Assembly: GCA_973895155.1 (NCBI GenBank)
Contig: OZ316894.1
Location: 14,996,699-15,060,698 of the forward strand
From: Marsupella aquatica
Taxonomy: Eukaryota; Plantae; Marchantiophyta
DNA length: 64,000 nucleotides
Direction: 5' to 3'
Each line of letters begins with the position of its first letter. Position 1 is the stretch's first letter. Below the pieces are notes generated by a model. It searched no databases and had not been told where the DNA came from. It saw nothing but the letters and a program-made list of their open reading frames with translations. Made by a program: the position numbers and the translations under genes. This document shows positions 56,709 to 64,000 of the stretch, piece by piece.

Positions 56709-59700
56709 TTGAGAGTCATGGCATGGAATGTTTCAGGACTTTCCATAGAAACAGCAATTGGAGGGGAACCTTTGTTTGAGAATTTTGACATCTTGCTTTT
56801 CACGGAGACTTGGGAATATGAGGGAAATGCTCTACCTAGCATTAAAGGCTTTACTTGCATACAATCCATCTTCAATGAGAAGAAGACCACACGGGGAAGA
56901 GGGTTTGGAGGCATTGCTGTCTACACCAAGAATCAACTTCAACACATCACCTCTATTGAACATGAAGATCCCAGCAAGCAGTTCATGGTGGTGAGACTTC
57001 ATACCAGAGGTACTCCATCATTTCTGATTGTCACCTACTTTGCTCCCCTTAATATGAATGTCTATAAGATGGGAATTGCTGATGCACATTATCCATTTCA
57101 TAGGTTAATCCAAGTCATTCATGATATATCACCACTAGGGGAGACATGGATAGTGGGGGACTTTAATGCCAGGGTATCTAATGAACAATTTACTGAAAGT
57201 GAGGACTTAGGAACTTTACCTTGGTCATCATGTAGTGAAGAGATACCTTGGGTGAGAGAGGCTCTTGACACCAGAACAAAGGACATGACACGTCACTTTT
57301 TGCATTTGGGAGCTTCTTGTAATCTAAGAATATTGAATGGGCTTGAGAGATTTCCCCAATCATCTGGTTACACTTTTAGATCTAAACAAGGATGTAGTAC
57401 CATTGATTACCTTCTTGCCTCACCTACCTCTGCCACTAGAGTGGTTGACTTTCAAATACTTGATCAACAACCAGAGTCTTCACACTTGCCTTTGTTGTTC
57501 CATCTTGACCTGACCACAATCCCAAACAAAGTGCATAGAAAGCCAGTACCCAAACCTCTGTTTCTAGACCCTGATAGAGAAGTCATCTTCAAAGCCAACT
57601 TTGAACATCTTCTCCATACCCTGGATGATCAGATTGAGCTCTCAGAAGTCATAGCACAAGCAGCAGCCTCTACTTTCTCCACCAAACCCCCTAGAAAGCA
57701 AAACATGAAGGCTTGGTTTGACGAGGATTGTGCTAGAGCAAGGATGCAAGCAAGATCACATTCAGGGGAAAAGAGACTTTTGGCATTCACTATGTACAAG
57801 AACTTCATCAAACACAAGAAGAGGTGCTTCTTGAAGAGTCATCAACAATCACTATGTGAGGAGTTCATCAAACATCCAAAACGTTTTTGGGAGAGAATGC
57901 AATCAGGCAAGACTACTCCCCCCTTGGATCACCAGGACCTGGTAACCTATGTCACATCCTTGTATTTCTTTCCAGATGCTAGTGGCATGCCTTTGCCCCT
58001 TGGGGACACCATTCAGTTTACAGAGAGGGAGGTGAAGGTGCATCTTTCCCACATGCAACATGGGAAAGCTAAAGATCTGTTGGGCCTGAACTTGGAGCTT
58101 CTTTTGTGGGGAGGACCCTCTTTACTAACAAACTTGGTGCATGAGCTGAATCAAGCAATGGCTTTAGGTTTACCTAAAGCTTGGATGACCAGAAGAGTGG
58201 TGCCTATCTTCAAGGCAGGCAACAAGGACGATGTGCACAACTACAGAACCATCATGGTAGGCAATACTTTTGCTAAAGTTTTGGGAGGACTACTTGAAGC
58301 CAGATTAAGCTCTTGGTTGGAGAGTGAGATGAAAAGGGCACCTTCACAAGCAGGTTTTAGGAGAGAATTCAGCACTATGGATCACATTCTCTGCTTGAGG
58401 GTGTTGTGTGAAAAGGCCAAATCTCCACATAAACCATTATTTTGCTTGTTTGTGGACTTCTCCAAGGCCTTTGACAAAGTTTCCCGATCCAAGCTTTGGG
58501 ATAGGATGGTGGAGTTGGAAGTGCCTGAAGAGCTCAGGTTGGCTGTTTCTAAATTGTACCAAGAAGTGCGCATCAAACTTTCAAAGGAAACCTCTGAAGA
58601 AATCTGGAGCACTCTTGGGGTGATCCAAGGTTGTCCTCTCTCACCAACTCTCTTTGGCATCTTCATTGATCAGCTACACAACATTTTGGAGGAGCATGGT
58701 GGAGTTGGCACTCAATTGGGTAGGTTTGTCCTCCAACTTCTTATATTTGCAGATGATGTGGTCCTACTTGCTCATGCTCAAGAAGCTTTGCAAAGACATC
58801 TCAATGCCTTGGAGGAGTTTTGTCAAGCAACAGGGATGGTAGTCAACCTCAAGAAGACCAAGTGTTTGGGCATTGGCACACGACAAAATCCAGAGCTCTA
58901 CTTCCAAGGGAATCTGGTGGAATTTGTGAGGACCTACAAATACCTTGGGATGGAGTTCTCTCAAAACTTGAGTTGGGCCTCATGTGTAAAATCTAGGGCT
59001 GCCAATGGGTACAGAGCTTTTTATGCATTCATGAACAAATGCAAAAGAGCTGGTCTACACACTTGGAGGTTAAGAAAACATCTCTTTGGAGCTTTGGTGA
59101 AACCAGTCATTCTTTATGGAGCACCAATTTGGGGAGCAGGTGTGTCTAAATCTGGGTGGCAACAGATTGAGGGGCTGCAAAAGCTATTTCTTGAGATGGA
59201 GCTTGGGATCAAGTCACAAACCCCATATGCACTTACACTTGCAGAGGCAGGCTTGTTTCCTTTGGAGGTGGAGGCACTCTTCCACACACTCAAATACATC
59301 ATGCGTGTAAGAGAGTTGGAGGAAAACAGATTTCCTTTTCATGCCTTGCGCTCATCTTCAGCTAAAGGGTGGTATGCAGATGTGTGCAGGTGGGCCCATG
59401 CTTGGGATTTTCCTGAACATGAATGGCCAACACACCCAACCAAGCTAAGAGCAAAACTTGAGCAAAAGGCTTTGCACAAACTTTGGCATGAACCTAGCCC
59501 ACGGCAGCAATACTACATGAGAGATGTGAACCCCATGAAGAAATATCGAGAACAAGAATACTTATCTAGCACTATCTCAGTACAACTTAGACAACTTATT
59601 GCTCAGTATAGACTAAGCTCACACCACCTTGAAGTAGAACAAGGGAGATGGAAGGATATTGACAGGAAAAAGAGGGTTTGTCAACTATGTGATAGCTCTA

Positions 59701-59930
59701 GTATAGAGAATGAATATCATGTATTCATTGCTTGCAAGTTTTATGAGGGGGTTAGGATGGCATCTCAAATCTTGGTGAAAGATTTGTATGCATTGTTTGG
59801 TCTGCCCCCTCAACAACTTGGAAGATATATCTTTGCGGTGGATAGGGAAAGGAGAATAGGTTTGGAAAATCTTTCAGGGCTCTCTAGGTCCATAGGGCTC
59901 TCTAGGTCCATAGTTTCTTTGAGGACATAG
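56709..59930 (+). CDS. LINE ORF2: AP endonuclease + reverse transcriptase + C-terminal CCHC (1073 aa)
   Basis: AWNVSG, FTETW, VGDFNAR, IDY, SSHLP; NYRTI, QAGFR, FVDFSKAFD, QGCPLSP, FADD, YKYLG; RLSSHHLEVEQGRW..CQLC..HVFIAC. Confidence 0.96.
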   Translation: MRVMAWNVSGLSIETAIGGEPLFENFDILLFTETWEYEGNALPSIKGFTCIQSIFNEKKTTRGRGFGGIAVYTKNQLQHITSIEHEDPSKQFMVVRLHTRGTPSFLIVTYFAPLNMNVYKMGIADAHYPFHRLIQVIHDISPLGETWIVGDFNARVSNEQFTESEDLGTLPWSSCSEEIPWVREALDTRTKDMTRHFLHLGASCNLRILNGLERFPQSSGYTFRSKQGCSTIDYLLASPTSATRVVDFQILDQQPESSHLPLLFHLDLTTIPNKVHRKPVPKPLFLDPDREVIFKANFEHLLHTLDDQIELSEVIAQAAASTFSTKPPRKQNMKAWFDEDCARARMQARSHSGEKRLLAFTMYKNFIKHKKRCFLKSHQQSLCEEFIKHPKRFWERMQSGKTTPPLDHQDLVTYVTSLYFFPDASGMPLPLGDTIQFTEREVKVHLSHMQHGKAKDLLGLNLELLLWGGPSLLTNLVHELNQAMALGLPKAWMTRRVVPIFKAGNKDDVHNYRTIMVGNTFAKVLGGLLEARLSSWLESEMKRAPSQAGFRREFSTMDHILCLRVLCEKAKSPHKPLFCLFVDFSKAFDKVSRSKLWDRMVELEVPEELRLAVSKLYQEVRIKLSKETSEEIWSTLGVIQGCPLSPTLFGIFIDQLHNILEEHGGVGTQLGRFVLQLLIFADDVVLLAHAQEALQRHLNALEEFCQATGMVVNLKKTKCLGIGTRQNPELYFQGNLVEFVRTYKYLGMEFSQNLSWASCVKSRAANGYRAFYAFMNKCKRAGLHTWRLRKHLFGALVKPVILYGAPIWGAGVSKSGWQQIEGLQKLFLEMELGIKSQTPYALTLAEAGLFPLEVEALFHTLKYIMRVRELEENRFPFHALRSSSAKGWYADVCRWAHAWDFPEHEWPTHPTKLRAKLEQKALHKLWHEPSPRQQYYMRDVNPMKKYREQEYLSSTISVQLRQLIAQYRLSSHHLEVEQGRWKDIDRKKRVCQLCDSSSIENEYHVFIACKFYEGVRMASQILVKDLYALFGLPPQQLGRYIFAVDRERRIGLENLSGLSRSIGLSRSIVSLRT

Positions 59931-61800
59931 TTGTCCTCTTTTGAGCAATCTCTTTTGGTTGCTCTTTTCTTTGATTGCATTGTACTTTACTTTTTGTGGC
60001 AGCTCCTTTGACTTTCATGGTCCCGGAGCTTATAATACATTACCATTACCATTACCAATGTGCTTCACTCTGCTGTCCATCACCTGGTTCACAGCAAGGT
60101 GGAGTGCACTTTGACTATCACAATGGAGCTTCACATTCCCCTGTGGCAATCCCATTTCAGTGATAAGTCTATCCAACCAAATCGCTTCCTTGCTGCTTCC
60201 GCAGCTGCAACATACTCCGCTTCTGTAGTAGACTGAGCAATACACTTCTGCAAAGTAGACCTCCAACTTATGCATCTATCGCCAAGTGTGAACATGTATC
60301 CTGTTGTTGATCTCCTTCGGTCCAAATCTTGTCCATAGTCAGAATCAACATAGCCAATCAATGATTTAGCATTCTTTGCATTCGCATCAAATAAAAGACC
60401 ATGATCCACGGTACCCTTCAAGTACCTGATAATCCACTTCACTGCTTCCCAGTGTACCTTCCCTGGATTTGACATGTACCTGCTCACCTTGCCCATAGCC
60501 ATGGCAAGATCAGGTCTAGTGCAAGTCATCAAATACATGAGACTCCCCACTGCCTTGTCATACGGAACCTTTGACATCAACCCCTTCTCTGTGTCATCCG
60601 TAGGACAGAACACTGATGATAACTTGAAGTGTGGAGCCAACGGGGTACTTACTGGCTTGCTATTCCCCATGTTGAACCTTGCAATTACCTTCCTCGCATA
60701 ACTGCTCTGCGTCAACCATAGCTTGCCAGCCTCCAAGTCCCTAGTGATCTCCATACCCAAAATCCTCTTAGCTGGCCCTAAGTCCTTCATCTTAAACTCT
60801 GCACTAAGCAGTGCCTTAAGCTTAACAATCTCAGACCTATCCTTGGCTGCAATTAGCATATCATCCACATAAAGTACTAAAATAATGAATCCAAAGACAA
60901 CATTCTTTACCGGTTTCAAATACACACAAGGGTCAAATACACTTCTGTGAAAACCTTGTGACCGAATCCAATCGTCAAACCGCTTGTTCCACTATCTTGG
61001 TGACTGCTTCAACCCATACAAGGATTTCAGCAATCTGCAAACCAATTCCTCCTGTCCTCTCTTCACAAAACCTAGCGGTTGTCTCATGAAGATCACCTCT
61101 TCCAATGTGCCATAGAGGAAAGTTGTGACAACATCCATCTGATCTAGCAGCAGACTTTGATTACAACAAGTACACACAATAGTCGTATTGAAGAGTACTT
61201 AGCAACTGGTGAGAAGACCTCATTGTAATCCACACCTTTCTCTTGTGTGAATCCCTTTGCTACCAACCTAGCCTTGTAGACCTTCGATCCAACTCCTATG
61301 GAATTATCCTTCAGCTTGTAAATCCACTTGCTGTCCACCACTTGCTGACCCTTAGGCAACTTAACAAGCTCCCAAGTTTTGTTGTCCTTTAGTGACTGCA
61401 TCTCCGTTTGCATTGCTGCAGTCCACTTCTGCTTCTTGTGACGGGTACCCCGTCACGGGAAGTCACACATAACTGGTTGCAAAGGCCGATACCTTGTTAA
61501 TAGTCAATGTAAATAAGCCATTTTTTAATTTTTAGTTAATTCCGTCATTATAGGTTGATGATGCCCCAGGTGACTTTATATTCTTTCTCTCATAATAGTT
61601 CTAAGATTTGCGGCGACCTAAGTGGGCAAATATTTTGGGACCTTGAAACTAGCCAGGACCAGCCCCATAGGACTTACCGTTTTGCTTCAAGAGCTATTGT
61701 TGAGACCCCCATTGCAAAGTCAGGAGAGGGGGGGGTTTTTTTTAAAATAAATCCCTCCTCAGGAGGGCGAGTCCCATTAGTGGCCGTCCGAGAGAAAGAG

Positions 61801-62070
61801 GGGCTGCCTCGCGAGCCCATAGGGCTGCGTGCCCGGGCGATTAATGGGGCTCCGCGAGCTGAAGGGGCTGCCTCGCGAGCCCATAGGGCTGCGTGCCCGG
61901 GCAATTAATGAGGTCCCGCGAGCTGGGAGGATCACGCGAGCGGGGGGGAGTTAAAGGGCCTCCCGCGAGCTGGGAGGATCACGCGAGCGGGGGGGAGTTA
62001 AAGGGCCTCCCGCGAGCTGGGAGGATCACGCGAGCGGGGGGGAGTTGAAGGGCCTCCCGCGAGCCGGGAG
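61801..62070. repeat. GC-rich tandem repeats: 64-bp period x2, then 47-bp period x3+
   Basis: GGGCTGCCTCGCGAGCCCATAGGG at 61801 and 61865; TCCCGCGAGC at 61914, 61961, 62008 and 62055. Confidence 0.9.
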
Positions 62071-62495
62071 GAATGGCCGCGCGCCCTGCATAGGGCCGCG
62101 CGCAGGAGGACGCAAGGGTAAGGCCCGAGAAATGGGCCGGGGCGCATGGCGAAGGCGCCAGGAGTTTTTTCGGTTCTATTTTTTTTTCCTTCCTTTTTCT
62201 TTCCCTCTTCCTTTTGCACGACCCTCTCATTGCCGAAAGCAAAAACGGGGTTCTTCTCTCTCTTGCCGGAAGCTCTCTCCAGATTCTAATTATTTTTGAA
62301 GCTCTCTCTTTCATGGTGGATTAGTGGGGCTTGCTGGCGTCATTCTTCCAGGCATTAGTGGCGGCCGCACGGAGTAGTGACGGGAAATTGAGAGAATTTA
62401 AGTGATCGGGCTACGGGGGCTGTTTCGGGCCAGGGAATTGACATTGCCACGGGTGACGGGATTGGTGATTGAGAAATTGATTTTGGGATGCATGG

Positions 62496-64000
62496 ATGCT
62501 AGATCAACCAGAGTTTAGTGCGTCACGCATTCGGAGATACAAGGCTGCTTACCGTGACTACGTGGAGACTCGGATTACACGGGAAAGGGAAGAGAGAGAA
62601 GTTATGATGAGCACGGGATTGGCAGCGGGTTCCTCACCGGTGGGTAGGAAGATTTTTCGTCGAATTTATCCCAAGACCTCCACCAAGGTGATGGAGGATT
62701 GTCGGAACATTTTCCAAGCCACCGGGCTTACAGAATTCATGAAGGTGGAGATTACCATCCCTTCAGGGAAGAGCTGGGACATTGAGGCCGGGATGGAGTT
62801 CCGAACGGAGGGAATCTACTTTGAATGTCTCAAACGTGTAGTGCCCCATGTGGAGTTGGCTAAGCTATTGTTTCTTGAGAATCAGAAATTCTCATTCACA
62901 CCTCGGAATATCAGGGGAGAACTCACGTTGAAAATGGTGGCCACTTGGGTGACCAATCCTACCTCCACCACCGCCATCCCTCTTTCTGCTGTCAAGGATG
63001 TTGAGTATAAGGGCTTCCTGGCCAAGGTGCATCAACGGGTTCTTGGCAACGTGCAATCCGGAGTGCTGAATGAGGAGCATTTCGTGGTAGCTATGGACAT
63101 CAAGAACTACCCAGCCCATGTGTACGGATGGTGGTGCTACGGATTGAAGAAGCTATTGGCCGCTGAGCCCGGGAGTGTGAAACCAGGTGGGGCTGTACAT
63201 TTGATGGGGTCATTTGTATTGGCCAGGGCAGAAGGGTTGATTGGTTCTCCGGGGCATGAAGACACGGGATCATCTCTCACCACGGAGATCCGGAGTATTG
63301 CCACTACCGTTTTAGGGAAGCTCACGGAGGAATCATTGTCTGCTGGTGGGGAGGATAATAGAGAAGAAGAGAACCAGGAGGATGATTGCACATTGGAGTG
63401 GCTTGAATCACTCGTGGGAGATCCGAAACAGCCTCTGGAATACAACATTCCGGATGTTTACTTGGCAGAGCTACGGGATTTCAGAGAGGGAGTCCACGAG
63501 GGACTCAAGCTAGTCCACGCATTGAGGGAGTCTCTCAAGCACGCCACAGTCAAAGTAGAGACGTTAGAGCAGAGCATCCTGTCACTGAAGGAGGTGATCA
63601 AGACCAAGGAGCAGACCATTCATGAGAAGGTCAGGCACATCAATGCAGCTCACGTAGAGATCACCAACTTGAAGGGAGCTTTGTCCACCAAGGCCAAGGA
63701 AGCAGAAGAAGTAGGAGCGTTGAGGCAAGCATTGGCCAAAGAGAAGCAAAATTCTGGAGAAGTGATGGAGTGGAGGAACCAGGTGGGAGCACTACGGAGT
63801 CAGGTGGCAGCCTTTGAGACACGAGCGAAGAGAAGTGAGGCCCTGAGTCTAGGGAAACGGAAGAGTCCCGGCACACCTGGCTCCACACTTTCCCCGGATG
63901 TGATCTCCCAAGCTATCGAGATGGTGGTGAAGGAGGTTAGTGGGAAGTATGGACCCTTGTTGGATGGAGCCAAGAAGAGTCAGGAGAAGAGTAAGAGCTT
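62496..64000 (+). CDS. Partial ORF (>500 codons, absent from the track): globular domain + coiled coil
   Basis: ATG 62496 MLDQPEFSASRIRRYK..IFQATGLTEFMKV..VETLEQSILSLKEVIKTKEQ.., open to the window end (translated by hand). Confidence 0.8.
   Translation, partial: MLDQPEFSASRIRRYKAAYRDYVETRITREREEREVMMSTGLAAGSSPVGRKIFRRIYPKTSTKVMEDCRNIFQATGLTEFMKVEITIPSGKSWDIEAGMEFRTEGIYFECLKRVVPHVELAKLLFLENQKFSFTPRNIRGELTLKMVATWVTNPTSTTAIPLSAVKDVEYKGFLAKVHQRVLGNVQSGVLNEEHFVVAMDIKNYPAHVYGWWCYGLKKLLAAEPGSVKPGGAVHLMGSFVLARAEGLIGSPGHEDTGSSLTTEIRSIATTVLGKLTEESLSAGGEDNREEENQEDDCTLEWLESLVGDPKQPLEYNIPDVYLAELRDFREGVHEGLKLVHALRESLKHATVKVETLEQSILSLKEVIKTKEQTIHEKVRHINAAHVEITNLKGALSTKAKEAEEVGALRQALAKEKQNSGEVMEWRNQVGALRSQVAAFETRAKRSEALSLGKRKSPGTPGSTLSPDVISQAIEMVVKEVSGKYGPLLDGAKKSQEKSKS

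Larger units (their letters stand above)
55931..60056 (+). mobile_element. RTE-X-like LINE, copy 2, 5'-truncated within ORF1, ORF2 intact
   Basis: Inserted in copia RNase H with at most a 2-bp TSD (CA). 3' tail TAATA(CATTAC)3C. 16-bp duplication CATCTCAAGGCTTTGC at the 5' junction. Confidence 0.93.
55760..61436 (-). pseudogene. Ty1/copia RT-RNase H relic, split by the LINE and cut at 61437
   Basis: YKARLVAKGF, QMDVVTTFL, SLYGLKQSPR, LYVDDM, GYVDSD, STTEAEY, CDSQSA, and KHI|DIKYHF joined across the LINE (60057|55930). Confidence 0.93.
61437..64000 (+). mobile_element. Left part of a third TGTGAC-started LTR-like element with a long ORF (runs off the window)
   Basis: Copia coding sequence stops abruptly at TGTGACGGGTACCCCGTCAC. 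GC-rich tandem repeats follow, then an ORF; no PBS recognised before the ORF. Predicted TSD CTTCT. Confidence 0.7.

Noticed and set aside
60038-60056. (CATTAC)n as telomeric repeat
   Set aside because: Not the plant TTTAGGG motif; it is attached to the LINE 3' UTR in both copies.

Overview
Eukaryotic, transposon-saturated window with no recognisable host gene. It is probably from a non-seed land plant; this is an inference from the element families and introns. It is a stack of nested insertions. (1) 1-10674: a degenerate DUF7869/Sola-like DDE transposon region carrying a ParB-like + beta-class N6/N4 DNA methyltransferase gene and a Ulp1 protease. (2) 17025-51785: a CACTA/En-Spm element (~16.5 kb once nested inserts are removed) with transposase, a TnpA-like gene and co-oriented cargo ORFs, including an EDM2-type PHD finger array, a tandem BRCT protein and an F-box-like protein. 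(3) 24756-38302: an intact Athila-like Ty3/gypsy with apparently identical 1390-bp LTRs, a TGA-CAA-TTA readthrough stop between gag-pro and pol, and three extra 3' ORFs including a second protease-like ORF. (4) Two copies of one RTE-X-like LINE with (CATTAC)n tails, plus copia and gypsy relics. The most striking observation is two complete TG...CA units with 5-bp TSDs and no gag/pol (431-4433, 45646-50314), plus a third running off the right edge (from 61437). They look like giant solo LTRs, yet each contains one long ORF with a shared globular domain and a coiled coil. All family assignments come from motif recognition by eye; no database searches were run.
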